Counted from the stretch's first letter, positions 16,581 to 26,390 are shown. The stretch is DNA of 64,000 nt from Phycisphaerales bacterium (GCA_041402025.1 JAWKTA010000009.1:32574-96573), one strand, 5' to 3'. The notes: generated from the letters alone by a model not told the origin. Numbers and translations are program-made.

Positions 16581-17234
16581 ATGATTGTGAAGATCGAAGG
16601 CCTCCTGGAATCCATCGACGCCGACCGCGGCCGGGTCCGCCTGCCCGACGGGCTGACCTACGAGCTGTTGCTCCCGGCCTACACCGCCGCCAGGCTCAGC
16701 GGGTCTGTCGGCAAGACCGTCACGCTCCACACCCTGCACTACCTGGAATCCTCCGCCCAGGGCGCGACGATCTATCCCCGCCTGGCCGGGTTCGCCTCGG
16801 CGGTCGACAAGCAGTTTTTCGAGCTGTTCGTCACCTGCAAAGGCATCGGCCACCGCAAGGCGCTGCGGGCGATGACGCTGGCGACGAACCAGATCGCCGG
16901 CGCGATCGCTGACCGGGATTTGGCGCTACTCCAGAGCCTGCCCGAGGTGGGTAAGCGCACCGCCGAGACCATCGCCGTCACCCTCAAGGGTAAGGTCGAC
17001 CGCTTCCTCGACGCCGTGCCCGCCGGAATGCGCGGCGGTGTCAACGCGACCGATGCCGAATCGGCCCGCATCCCCGGCGGCCTGGCCCGCGATGCGTTGG
17101 GCGTGCTTCTACAACTCGGCGAAAACCGCACCCAGGCCGTGAACTGGATCGACCGCGCACTATCCAAAGACGATGCCCCGACGGACGTTGAGGCGCTGGT
17201 CGGGGAGGTGTACCGGATCAAGGGCGGGGGGTAA
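16581..17234 (+). CDS. ruvA: Holliday junction branch-migration complex subunit RuvA
   Basis: MIVKIEGLLESI..., HhH region FFELFVTCKGIGHRKALRAM and LQSLPEVGKRTAETIAVTLKGKV. There is no ruvB next to it. Confidence 0.85.
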   Translation: MIVKIEGLLESIDADRGRVRLPDGLTYELLLPAYTAARLSGSVGKTVTLHTLHYLESSAQGATIYPRLAGFASAVDKQFFELFVTCKGIGHRKALRAMTLATNQIAGAIADRDLALLQSLPEVGKRTAETIAVTLKGKVDRFLDAVPAGMRGGVNATDAESARIPGGLARDALGVLLQLGENRTQAVNWIDRALSKDDAPTDVEALVGEVYRIKGGG

Positions 17235-17261
17235 TCTGCGGGAAGATCGGACGGGATATGC

Positions 17262-17290
17262 AAAACGCCGCGACAAAATCGCGGCGCTTC
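17262..17290. terminator. bidirectional hairpin terminator between convergent ruvA and the SnoaL-like gene
   Basis: Stem cgccgcga(17266-17273), loop caaaa, stem tcgcggcg(17279-17286). It is flanked by aaaa on the left, which reads as UUUU on the minus strand. Confidence 0.55.
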
Positions 17291-17322
17291 GTAGATGAAT
17301 GTGGTTGAAGTCTTGGCGGTGA

Positions 17323-17730
17323 TTATTCGCCGCCCATGTCGTAGAAGAATTCTTCTTTGGTAACCTTGCCGTTCTTGACGGTATACAGGCCGGCCTCTTC
17401 GATGTGCAAACGCTGGCCCGCCTTTGGGCCGATCTTGGGGGTCACGTCGTAGTTCATGATGAGGATGAACCGGTCGCCGTGGGGGAACGGGCCCGTGACC
17501 TTGCCGGAGTGGACCTCGTGGTTTTCCAGCCACCACTGGTTCTTGCCGAGGATCGCGTCCTTGCCTTTCATGGTCTGGGGCATGTCCTCGCTGCCGCACA
17601 TCGCCTCGACGCTGACGATGTCCTTGTCGTACAGGGCGTTGATCGCGTCGATGTTCTTGCCCTGGTTGCACAGGTCGGCGAGCTTCTTTCCAACGGTCAG
17701 GGTTTCGGTGAGGGTGGCGTCGGCTTGCAT
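17323..17730 (-). CDS. SnoaL-like / NTF2-fold protein
   Basis: The start is placed at the internal ATG (MQADATLTETLTVGKKLADLCNQGK). Size and pattern are typical of SnoaL-like small proteins. Confidence 0.6.
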   Translation of the reverse strand: MQADATLTETLTVGKKLADLCNQGKNIDAINALYDKDIVSVEAMCGSEDMPQTMKGKDAILGKNQWWLENHEVHSGKVTGPFPHGDRFILIMNYDVTPKIGPKAGQRLHIEEAGLYTVKNGKVTKEEFFYDMGGE

Positions 17731-17819
17731 GGGGTGTCTCCGGATTGAATGAGGGCGGGGGGTGTCAGCGACGACCCACAAGTTAGGTTAATGTACGGTA
17801 TTTGTCAAGGGCGTGATTG

Positions 17820-18299
17820 TTATTTTTTCGCGGCTTCCGCCAGGTCGGCGAAGTGTTTGCCGAGGTTTTTGCTGCAGCCCATCCAGCCCCAGGTGTGGTC
17901 GCTGCGTTCCTGCGGGGTGTTCAGGCGTTCGTGGAGGAACAGGAGTTCGGTGGCCGGCTCATCCTTGAAAGTCGTCTCGAACAGCTTGATGGTGATCAGT
18001 GAGTCGCCGCCGAAGCTGGGGTCGTGTTCCCAGGTCCAGGTGAAGACGAGTTTGTTCGGCGGGTCCATCTCGGTGAACTCACCGGTGGCGTTGTGTTCCG
18101 TGCCGTCGGGCCCGATCATGCCGACGCGGAACCGGCCGCCGACTTTTGCATCGATCTCGCAGATGCCGGGCTTCATCTCGGGCGAGGCGCACCACCAGAG
18201 CTTGCGTACTTTCGGATTGACCCAGGCGTCGTAGACTTTTTGGCGCGGGGCGCGGATCACACGGGTGAGGCGGACGTAGTTACCGACGGCTTCGGACAT
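17820..18299 (-). CDS. SRPBCC-fold protein (Aha1/AHSA1-domain family)
   Basis: The start is placed at the internal ATG (MSEAVGNYVRLTRVIRAPRQKVYDAWVNP). FTWTWEHDP and HERL...GWMGCSKNL are typical of ArsR-linked SRPBCC proteins. Confidence 0.75.
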   Translation of the reverse strand: MSEAVGNYVRLTRVIRAPRQKVYDAWVNPKVRKLWWCASPEMKPGICEIDAKVGGRFRVGMIGPDGTEHNATGEFTEMDPPNKLVFTWTWEHDPSFGGDSLITIKLFETTFKDEPATELLFLHERLNTPQERSDHTWGWMGCSKNLGKHFADLAEAAKK

Positions 18300-18366
18300 C
18301 GCGGGGCTCCTTTGATCGAGACGGGTCAGGGGTGTTGGGCCGTTGATGTTGCCGGCCGGGGTGGGG

Positions 18367-18753
18367 TTATTTCTTTTTCTTAAGCGTGGTTTTGGTGCGC
18401 TTCGTTTTGCGTTTGGTGGCGCGTTTAGTTTTGGCGGGCAGGCCAGCGACAAACGTGGCGGCCTGTGCGACCCACGTGTCGAGCTGGCGTTTGGTTTTGC
18501 ACCCATCGGGGCCGACCATCACCCAGCCGCGCATCGGCTTGCCGGTGATGTCCATCGGGTGCACGTCTTTTTTGAATAGCGCTTCGATGGCCCCTTCCTC
18601 GCCGAGCCGCAGGATCAGCCTGTCGTGCCAGATGCCACAGCAGAAGTTCCCGCCGAGGAAGAACGCAACACCGCCGAACATGACACGTTCGTCAAGGCCT
18701 TGATCTTCCGCGACGGGTCGCAGGCGTTCGGTGAGTTTCGGGTCGCTGTGCAT
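18367..18753 (-). CDS. TfoX N-terminal-domain protein with a Lys-rich tail
   Basis: ERVMFGGVAFFLGGNFCCGIWHDRLILRL and MRGWVMV match the TfoX_N pattern. The C-terminus is KTKRATKRKTKRTKTTLKKKK. Confidence 0.7.
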   Translation of the reverse strand: MHSDPKLTERLRPVAEDQGLDERVMFGGVAFFLGGNFCCGIWHDRLILRLGEEGAIEALFKKDVHPMDITGKPMRGWVMVGPDGCKTKRQLDTWVAQAATFVAGLPAKTKRATKRKTKRTKTTLKKKK

Positions 18754-18786
18754 GATGCGTATCCGGTCAGTTTGTCACACAGCGCC

Positions 18787-19284
18787 TTAGATAAACAACT
18801 TATCCTTGCCAAGTGAACAACGGATGTCGGCGAGCTGTCCGCGGTGGTGCCAGGGGTGGATCGAAACGATCAACAGGCAGCTGCCGAACGTGCCCATCAG
18901 GGCTTCCATACCCGGCGGCGGCGAGCCGAGGACGGGCTTGTCGAGATCGCTTTCTTTCATGGTTTGGTAGTCGGCGGTGTATTTTGCCCATTCTTGCTTG
19001 TAGGTCTGGATGAGCTTGTCATACGGCGGGTAAATCGAGGCATCATCGCTCGGCTTGGTGCCGCCGCCGAAGAGGGCACGCCAGTCTTCGTAGGGATTGG
19101 GTTTCCCGTAGATGATGCTGCGGAAGCGCGCCAGGGCCGTCGCCATGTGCCCCACGGTCCAGAGGGCGTGGTTGGCGCCGTCACACACGCGGTGCATCGG
19201 GTGGTCGCGGAGGTCTTCCGCCAAACCCAGGAACATCTGGTGTGACATATCCGTTGATTGCTTGAGCACATCGATCGCGTTCAT
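18787..19284 (-). CDS. DinB-superfamily protein
   Basis: Four-helix DinB-like pattern with conserved His residues (WTVGHMA, HPWHHRGQL). Confidence 0.7.
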   Translation of the reverse strand: MNAIDVLKQSTDMSHQMFLGLAEDLRDHPMHRVCDGANHALWTVGHMATALARFRSIIYGKPNPYEDWRALFGGGTKPSDDASIYPPYDKLIQTYKQEWAKYTADYQTMKESDLDKPVLGSPPPGMEALMGTFGSCLLIVSIHPWHHRGQLADIRCSLGKDKLFI

Positions 19285-19383
19285 CTTTACCGCCTTTGTT
19301 TATTTCGCTGAAAACCGAAAAACCCGACACGTCATCCGCATCACCCAGACAAGCCTGGATTTATTTCACGGTTAATACAAAAC

Positions 19384-19935
19384 TCATTCTGTTTTGCGTT
19401 TGAGGTCTATTACGGCGCACGCGCTCGGTTCACCTTGAACATAGGACGTCCACGTTGCCGTGATGTGGTCGGGATCAATAAACGTGTATTCCAGCTTCCG
19501 CATATGAAACTCGTTCCCGGTCTCGATATTGGTCCCGCCTGTGAAGTCGAAGCTAAGCGTGTCGGGGTCGTTATCCGGCTGCGCCGCCATCGTGGGCTGG
19601 TTGCCGAGCATGCAGTAGTGCGTGAGGGCGAGCTGATCGCCTTGCATGTAGAAGACGGTCACCATCTCGTGTTCCGTGCCCGGGAACTCGGTCTCTACCA
19701 GGGCGCTGCCGCCGGCGGTGACGGCGAAGTTGATCGACGCGGGTTCGGCCTCACCGCCTAGATGCGTGACCGTGCCTTCCCACGCCCCGGCAAGGGACTT
19801 AAGCCGCTCGAAATCGGCGTTGGTCGCGGGCGCAGGCGGGTGATGCATGCCCTCCTCGGCAGAAGCGGATACGCCGGAAGTCAGCTGCAAACAAAACACG
19901 GCCATCATCAAAGCCATCTGAATCCTGGTAGCCAT
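19384..19935 (-). CDS. secreted protein, tentatively DUF1579-like
   Basis: Signal peptide MATRIQMALMMAVFCLQLTSGVSASA. The beta-rich body has a THYCMLGNQPTM motif that I associate, from memory, with DUF1579. Confidence 0.5.
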   Translation of the reverse strand: MATRIQMALMMAVFCLQLTSGVSASAEEGMHHPPAPATNADFERLKSLAGAWEGTVTHLGGEAEPASINFAVTAGGSALVETEFPGTEHEMVTVFYMQGDQLALTHYCMLGNQPTMAAQPDNDPDTLSFDFTGGTNIETGNEFHMRKLEYTFIDPDHITATWTSYVQGEPSACAVIDLKRKTE

Positions 19936-20062
19936 CGTCGTCTCCTGTGTTGTGTGAACTGTTCGGGCCGATGCGGATACAACCGGTCGGCAAGTTTGTT
20001 ATTCGAATAAGTAGGTAAGCGCGGCCATGCGGACAGTTGTGTTGCGGGCGTGTGCGGGCGGA

Positions 20063-20425
20063 TCAATCGTCATGAGGGTTCCCCTCCCGGGATGATTCCA
20101 GGAAGTCGGCGAGCGCATCGAGTTGCTGGTTCCAGAATTTGCGGTGGTGCTCGATCCACTGCGCGGCTTCGCTGATGGGCTTGGGGTCGAGCCGGCACCG
20201 GCGGACCCGGCCGTCGCGTTGCTGGTTGAGCATGCCGGCCCGCTCGAGGACGCGCAGGTGCTTGCTGATCGCCGGCAGCGACATATCGAAAGGCTCGGCC
20301 AACTCCCCAACCGAGACGCCCGCCACGGGGTCCGCCTCACCCAGCCGGGTCAGGATCGCCCGCCGGGTCGGGTCCGCAAGGGCGGAGAAGGTGGCGTCGA
20401 GTGAGGGGCCAATACACTTAACCAT
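20063..20425 (-). CDS. ArsR/SmtB-family transcriptional regulator
   Basis: FSALADPTRRAILTRL and wHTH SVGELAEPFDMSLPAISKHLRVLERAGML. The start is placed at the ATG at 20425, which lies inside the operator palindrome and 7 nt after the -10 box. Confidence 0.85.
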   Translation of the reverse strand: MVKCIGPSLDATFSALADPTRRAILTRLGEADPVAGVSVGELAEPFDMSLPAISKHLRVLERAGMLNQQRDGRVRRCRLDPKPISEAAQWIEHHRKFWNQQLDALADFLESSREGNPHDD

Positions 20426-20461
20426 ATGGTTAAATATAATCCAAGCCGACAGCTCTGTCAA
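20418..20461 (-). promoter_or_regulatory. sigma-70-type promoter TTGACA-17-TATATT overlapping a perfect 16-bp palindrome TTAACCATATGGTTAA (putative ArsR operator)
   Basis: On the minus strand the -35 TTGACA is at 20461-20456, followed by a 17-nt spacer and the -10 TATATT at 20438-20433. The palindrome at 20433-20418 contains the arsR ATG (20425-20423). Confidence 0.7.
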
Positions 20462-20482
20462 GCATTGCAGTGTCTCAAATGA

Positions 20483-23419
20483 TTAATTGGTGACGGGCGG
20501 CAGAGGTATGCCTGCTTGTATGGCCTTATTCATTATGGCTTTAGCCTCTGTGTCATTGCCCGAGATACGGGCCTCCCAGAAGGCGTTGATCGCGAAGTCG
20601 GCGTTGTCGCCATACAGCGACCGGGCGATCAGACGGGACACCCGGTCCAACTCGTTGGACTTCACCGCGCTGGCGACCTCGTCAACAAGATCGGAACCGG
20701 CCGTATCCAGCATCACCCAGTCCATCGGGTCCCATGCGTCGTTGTAGCGTTCACCGGAATCCCGCGTCATCTCGATCACCCGCTGGATATCCGGGTGCCG
20801 CGCGAGTGTGGCGGCGAACGGCTCCCGGGTACCCAGCGCCAGCGCGGCGACCTGCCGGGGGTTGAGTGACCGCCGGGACGAATCGACGAACGCCGACAGG
20901 TTGCTGTCGGAAGCGCCGACCTGCCGCAAAGCACGGTAGCACAGCGCGGACATCAGGCTCCCACGCGTCCCGCTGGACGGGGACAGGTCAAGCGCTTCCT
21001 GCGCCATCGCCACCAACGCGTCGCTGTCTTCGGGGGGCCCGATGTACGCCTTGGCGAGGCTGGTATCGACCAGGGCACACATCGCATAGGCGCGTGTGGT
21101 TGAATCATCGGACCCGCGCAGGCGGTCGACCGCCGCACGCCATTTGTCCACGCGTTCGGAAAACACCCGCAGGTATTTTTCGTCCCGTTCACCCGCGTAA
21201 TACGCAAGGCGTTCGACGCGGGTGTCCGCCATGTCGATGCCCGCATCGTTGACACGCCGCAGCAGCGCGTTGAGCCGGTCGGTATCCCGCGCAAAGTAAC
21301 CGACGCGCAGCGTGATCTCGTAGCTGTCCGGGCGTTTCGGCGCGACAAGCATCATCCGGTCGGCATACCCGAGCGCTTTGGCAGTCGATGGATGGGAAAC
21401 CACCCGCCCCCTGACAAGATCGCGCTGTTCGGCGTCGTCATACAGATAGGCCAGCATCTCCGTATCCGGCATCTCGCCCAACGCCACCAGGTCGATCCTG
21501 TCTTTAACGACATCGAACACCGCCGTACGGAGGTGTACGCTGGCGGTGTTGTGCATCAGGATGCTGTCGCTGGGCATAAGGGTGACGGCCTTGTCCATCA
21601 GCGTGACGGCGTGGTTGAGCGTCTGCGGGTCACTATCGACCCTGAACAGGCTCAGGTATGCCAGCGCCGCGTTGTTCAGGCTGGAGGTGCTTTCGGCCTG
21701 GCTTTCATAGCCCTGGATCGCTTTACGGAAATAGTCCTTCGCCTCTTCGGTCTTGCCCTGGTTGGCGGCGCGCGATCCAAGCGCCGCATTCAACGCCGCC
21801 TGGGTGTGGGATTCGTCCGGGTTGGCCCGGCCGAGCCACTCGATCTCGTCGTCGAGGTCACGCTGCATGAGCGACCGGATGGTGGCGGCGGTGTATTTCT
21901 GCGCCTGGTCCTGCGTGGTGTTGTACGCCTCTTCTATCATCGCCCGGGCATCGGATACCTCGCCGACTTCACGCAACGAGTTGGCCACCGCGCAGAGCAC
22001 CTCGAAAGACCGTTCGTGCGTCGCCAGCAACTGGTCGAACAATTCCCGGCCCTGTTCCGATTTGCCCAGCCAGTAGTAGACCTGGCCCAGGTAGATACGG
22101 TACTCGTCGGTTTCGCCGGCAAGCCCGCGGATCGCCAGAAACGTCTGTTCGGCCGATTCCAGTTCGGCCCGCTTGGCGTCCGGGTCGCTGATAGTCGAGG
22201 CGCGGCCGAGCATCACCATCCCGAGGTCCAGCGCGACGGGCACCACGGCCGACTCCCGCATCATCTTGTCGACCGCTGCGCCGATCCCGCGGTCGTCCTT
22301 GATTTTTTCCTGAACATAAGCGTCCACGATCGCGGGCTGGCTTGCTTCATCCGCGTTCTCGTAGCGAGAATAAAAGCTGTCCGGGGCGGCGCCCTGATTC
22401 AGCAATTCGATCTGCCTGTCCCACGCCGCCTGCAAAGCCGTGGCGTAGGCCTCTTCCGCCTCGCGCAGCCGTTCGAGACGCACGGCGGTGTACGGCTTGA
22501 GCAGTTTGTACGCCGGCTCGATCTCACCCCGCGCTGCGTAGAGTTGGCCGAGCACCCGGGCGCCCTGCGAATCGCCGAGGCGGTCGGCATAAGGCTCGAG
22601 CAGGTCGATGCACTTTTGTTCATCACCCCGCGCTTCGTGGATCATCGCCAGCTCGGACCGGGTTTCCAGGTCGTCCGGGTCTGATGCGACGATCCCGACA
22701 AGGAGAGATTCGCGTAATGCCGTTTCGGCCTCGGTTGGTTCGTGCGCCCCGCGCAGGCTGTCGATCAGGCTCAGCGCGCCGCGCGGGTCGCCCTGGCTGT
22801 GTTTACGGGCCAGTCGTAATACGTGGCTTCTCAGGTCCGGGTAGGCCTGGTCGATCGCTTCGGGGCCGTGCTCCTGCATCAGCACGCCGACCACGCCAGC
22901 GGCTTCATCGGCCGGAACCGAATCGATCCCCGTATCCACGACCTGCTGAAGCCGGTCGCGTGCTTCGCCTGCGTGCTTGGTCAAACCCGAGGCGACATCG
23001 GCGTAGGCGCGCGCCGCGTCGGCGAGTTGGCCGGCGTCGCTTGCACTCTGCGCCTGGGCCATCCGCTGCCCGGCGATGTAACCCGGTGATTTCGTGTGGT
23101 TCGTCCACGCCCCGAAGCCCAGCCCGCCGACCAACGCAATAAGGACAAGGAAGTTCCACGCTTTAACTGTCGCCGACAAAGGCTCACGCCCGAGGATGTA
23201 CCAGCCCACGTCCGCATCGGCGACACGATACGCACGCAGGCCGAGCAGCGGCACGAACAGCAAGGTAAAGCACCAGGTCTTCAGATAGGTCGTTGTTTCC
23301 TCGTCGTAATCGCGCCGCCCGTGCAACGCGAACCCGCAGCCGTTGATCCGCGTCAGCCAGGGCATGGAGGTGATGGGTTGGAAGTCGGGGAAGCGTTCCT
23401 GCAGGTTGTGGGTCGCCAT
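20483..23419 (-). CDS. large TPR-like repeat protein with an N-terminal membrane anchor
   Basis: The start is placed at the internal ATG (MATHNLQERF). There are two hydrophobic segments (CFTLLFVPLLGL, FLVLIALVGGLGFGAW) followed by about 850 aa of helical-repeat-like sequence. Confidence 0.65.
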   Translation of the reverse strand: MATHNLQERFPDFQPITSMPWLTRINGCGFALHGRRDYDEETTTYLKTWCFTLLFVPLLGLRAYRVADADVGWYILGREPLSATVKAWNFLVLIALVGGLGFGAWTNHTKSPGYIAGQRMAQAQSASDAGQLADAARAYADVASGLTKHAGEARDRLQQVVDTGIDSVPADEAAGVVGVLMQEHGPEAIDQAYPDLRSHVLRLARKHSQGDPRGALSLIDSLRGAHEPTEAETALRESLLVGIVASDPDDLETRSELAMIHEARGDEQKCIDLLEPYADRLGDSQGARVLGQLYAARGEIEPAYKLLKPYTAVRLERLREAEEAYATALQAAWDRQIELLNQGAAPDSFYSRYENADEASQPAIVDAYVQEKIKDDRGIGAAVDKMMRESAVVPVALDLGMVMLGRASTISDPDAKRAELESAEQTFLAIRGLAGETDEYRIYLGQVYYWLGKSEQGRELFDQLLATHERSFEVLCAVANSLREVGEVSDARAMIEEAYNTTQDQAQKYTAATIRSLMQRDLDDEIEWLGRANPDESHTQAALNAALGSRAANQGKTEEAKDYFRKAIQGYESQAESTSSLNNAALAYLSLFRVDSDPQTLNHAVTLMDKAVTLMPSDSILMHNTASVHLRTAVFDVVKDRIDLVALGEMPDTEMLAYLYDDAEQRDLVRGRVVSHPSTAKALGYADRMMLVAPKRPDSYEITLRVGYFARDTDRLNALLRRVNDAGIDMADTRVERLAYYAGERDEKYLRVFSERVDKWRAAVDRLRGSDDSTTRAYAMCALVDTSLAKAYIGPPEDSDALVAMAQEALDLSPSSGTRGSLMSALCYRALRQVGASDSNLSAFVDSSRRSLNPRQVAALALGTREPFAATLARHPDIQRVIEMTRDSGERYNDAWDPMDWVMLDTAGSDLVDEVASAVKSNELDRVSRLIARSLYGDNADFAINAFWEARISGNDTEAKAIMNKAIQAGIPLPPVTN

Positions 23420-23661
23420 CAGAGGGTCACTGTTTCCTTTCCGCCCGCGAGGTTCGGCAGAACGCCGACTGCGGACAAGGCCCGAACCGGTGCCGTACCG
23501 TTCAACGGTGCGGCGCATGATGCGGCGGACTCAACCAGACATGGTGCCCGAAAATATGGCCCCCGCACGAGCCCGGATTATGGCACAAAGCCGGTGGCCC
23601 GGCAATGACTTTATAAATAAAGAACGCGGCTTGACGTTGGGTCCGCCGAAAGGCGACCGGG

Positions 23662-25152
23662 TCAACACCTTCGGCTTTGCACGAAGAACGCGCACAACAG
23701 GCCGAGCGCCCCCGCTGAGACCGGTTCGGGTAAAGAAGCCGTACCGGTGGGGGGGCTGCCGGTATTCCAGGCGGAGAGGATGAATGTCAGGTCTTCGATA
23801 CCGACGAACCCGTCGCCGTCCACGTCACCGAGCAGCAGGTCACCCGGGGTGACTGCCAAGTTCCAGTGGCTGAAGATGATGTTCAGGTCGCTGACACCGA
23901 CGAAACCGTCACCATTGAGATCGCCAGGTATCGACACGGCGAGGTTAAATAGATACGCGCTGCCGGCATCGACGCCCTGCGCCGTGTTCTGCCCGTGCGC
24001 GCCGACGGCGACGGTCTGGCCGTAGATCGTCACCGCGCCGCCGAAGTAGTCGATCGCCTGTGAGCCGTCGGCGGTGAGTTTGGCGACTTCCTGGCCGGTG
24101 GCGAGGTTGAACACATAGGCCGCGCCGGCGAGGCTGTCGGAATCCGCGCTGCCGAGTGTCGCACCGACGATCACGGCCCCCTGCCCGATGGCGACGGATG
24201 TGCCGAAACGGTCTCCGACCGTGCCGTCCGACGCGGTTAGTTTGAATAGCTCTTCACCCGTGGTCAGGTCGAACACGTACGCCGCACCGGGGCCGGTCTG
24301 CGCATCACCCGTTGGCGCACCGACGACCGCGAACGTGTCCGTAACCGCGACCGACCAGCCGAAGTGTGCGCCGGCGGCCGCGTCCGACGCGGTGAGCTTG
24401 CGTGTCTGTGTGCCGGTGTATGCGTCGAAGATATAGGCCGCGCCCGCGCCGTCGGCCGATCCGCTATCCCTATAAGCGCCGATCAGGGCGGTATTGTTGT
24501 CGATCGCCACCGATGCCCCGAACGCCGCGCCCGCCGAAGCATCCGAAGCCGTGAGTTTTAACCACTGTTCACCGGTGGTTGGATCGAACACATACGCGGA
24601 CCCGGCATCGACGCCCGCCGCCGTGTTGTCGGCCGGCGCGCCGATGACGGCGACAACCGGGCCGATCGCGACCGATGTGCCGAACCCGTCGAGCGCTTCA
24701 GAATCGTTCGGCGAAAGCTTGAACATCTCGTTGCCGGTGTTTACATCATATAGATAGGCCGCCCCGGCCAGTGTGCTGTGGTCACTGCCGCCGAAGGTTG
24801 CACCGATCAGGGCCGTGTTGTGGCTGACCGCGACCGATGCGCCGAACCCGTCGCCCGCGGTGGTGTCGGATGCGGCGAGCGTGAATAACGGTGCGCCGGA
24901 GAGCGTGTCGTAGAGGTAGGCCGCACCGGGGCCGGGGTTAATGCCCCGCGTCGGCGCACCAACGAGCGCCATCTGGTCACCCAGCGCGACCGACCAGCCG
25001 AAGCCGTCACCCGCCTGCGCATCCCACGCCGTGAGCCGTGCTGTCTGCTGACCGGCTCCAGCGGGCGTGACAGCCACGCCCGACAGAATCAGCGGAACGA
25101 TCCAACATTTTCCCCACCCGGTTAAGCGAGGTAGACGCATCATGGGTCCCAA
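23662..25152 (-). CDS. secreted FG-GAP-like beta-propeller protein with two dockerin-like repeats and a PEP-CTERM tail
   Basis: About eight repeats of the form ASD..AGD.FG.SVA....ALIGA......GAAY.FD..TG. The C-terminus reads GDLNGDGFVGVSDLNIIFSHWN...GDVDGDGFVGIEDLTFILSAWNTG...LPEPVSAGALGLLCAFFVQSRRC. Confidence 0.8.
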   Translation of the reverse strand: MGPMMRLPRLTGWGKCWIVPLILSGVAVTPAGAGQQTARLTAWDAQAGDGFGWSVALGDQMALVGAPTRGINPGPGAAYLYDTLSGAPLFTLAASDTTAGDGFGASVAVSHNTALIGATFGGSDHSTLAGAAYLYDVNTGNEMFKLSPNDSEALDGFGTSVAIGPVVAVIGAPADNTAAGVDAGSAYVFDPTTGEQWLKLTASDASAGAAFGASVAIDNNTALIGAYRDSGSADGAGAAYIFDAYTGTQTRKLTASDAAAGAHFGWSVAVTDTFAVVGAPTGDAQTGPGAAYVFDLTTGEELFKLTASDGTVGDRFGTSVAIGQGAVIVGATLGSADSDSLAGAAYVFNLATGQEVAKLTADGSQAIDYFGGAVTIYGQTVAVGAHGQNTAQGVDAGSAYLFNLAVSIPGDLNGDGFVGVSDLNIIFSHWNLAVTPGDLLLGDVDGDGFVGIEDLTFILSAWNTGSPPTGTASLPEPVSAGALGLLCAFFVQSRRC

Positions 25153-25299
25153 CAGGTACGTTCTTTGTTCAGCCGGGTCCGGCCGGGCGCACGATCAAAC
25201 GGCAACAGGCAAGGTCTGGATAAAGTCGGCCGTCGCCAACTCATCTGTTCGCAAAGTCACGCCGGCCCGTTATGGGACCTCCCCGGATCACGCCGGTGA

Positions 25300-26334
25300 T
25301 TAATGGATGCCTTGCTCGGCGAGCCAGCGTTCGGCGTCGATCGCGGCCTTGCAGCCCATGCCCGCGGCGGTGATCGCCTGGCGGTACACATGGTCCGCAA
25401 CGTCGCCGGCGACGAACACGCCCTCGATGTCGGTCGTCGAGCGGTACGGGTCTTTGAGCTTGATGTAACCGGTCTCGTCCGTGGGGAGCTGGCCATTCAG
25501 AAACGCGGTGATAGGTGTGTGCCCGATCGCCATGAACAGCCCGCCGATCGCAAGCTCGCGCTGCTCGCCGTTCTGCGTATCTTCGAGCTTCACGCCCGTG
25601 ACGACCTTGTCGCCGAGCACGTCCACGACCTTTGTGTTCCAGAGGATCTCGATCTTGGGGTTGTTCATCGCGCGTTCCTGCATCACCTTGCTGGCGCGCA
25701 GCTCGTCGCGACGGACGATCATATAAACCCTGGACGCGAACTTGGTCAGGTAGCTCGCCTCTTCCACAGCGGTGTCGCCCCCGCCGACCACAGCCATCAC
25801 GGCCCCGCGGAACATCGGCAACGCGCCGTCGCACACCGCGCACGCGCTCACGCCGCCGCCGGACTGCGCAAGACGCATCTCGTTCTCAAGCCCGAGCCAG
25901 TTCGCCTTCGCACCGGTAGCAATGATGACGGCGTGGGATTTCACCTCGATCCCGTTATCGCCGACCACGGTGAAAGGCCTTTTGGAAAGATCGACGCTCT
26001 TGACGTTCTGAAAAGGCGTGTAGAGCGGCGCATCCTGGTTGACCTGCCCGCTGTCCTGGATGCCCTCATCCGTGACGACGCGGGTGCCGAAGCGCATCGC
26101 CTGCTTGGCGAACTCCTGCATCATGTCCGGGCCTTCGATGCCCTTAGGGAATCCGGGGTAATTCTCGACATCGGTGGTAAGCATCAGCTGCCCGCCGGGC
26201 AGGAGGTCCTTGCCCGTAGCCCGGCCGGGGAAGACCAGGGGGCTAAGGCTGGCGCGTGCGGCGTAGATCGCGGCGGTCCAGCCCGCGGGCCCGGAGCCGA
26301 TGATCGTGACTTTTTCGATGTTGTTTTCACTCAT
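25300..26334 (-). CDS. trxB: thioredoxin-disulfide reductase
   Basis: The start is placed at the ATG giving MSENNIEKVTIIGSGPAGWTAAIYAAR. Redox motif CAVCDG; NADPH site VVGGGDTAVEEA. Confidence 0.9.
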   Translation of the reverse strand: MSENNIEKVTIIGSGPAGWTAAIYAARASLSPLVFPGRATGKDLLPGGQLMLTTDVENYPGFPKGIEGPDMMQEFAKQAMRFGTRVVTDEGIQDSGQVNQDAPLYTPFQNVKSVDLSKRPFTVVGDNGIEVKSHAVIIATGAKANWLGLENEMRLAQSGGGVSACAVCDGALPMFRGAVMAVVGGGDTAVEEASYLTKFASRVYMIVRRDELRASKVMQERAMNNPKIEILWNTKVVDVLGDKVVTGVKLEDTQNGEQRELAIGGLFMAIGHTPITAFLNGQLPTDETGYIKLKDPYRSTTDIEGVFVAGDVADHVYRQAITAAGMGCKAAIDAERWLAEQGIH

Positions 26335-26360
26335 AGCGGGGGATTGTAGCAGGATCAATT

Positions 26361-26386
26361 CGCTCGTCGACACGGTGTGACGAGCG
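26361..26386 (-). other. 8-bp stem hairpin in the trxB leader
   Basis: cgctcgtc(26361-26368), loop gacacggtgt, gacgagcg(26379-26386). Confidence 0.4.
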
Positions 26387-26390
26387 TATT

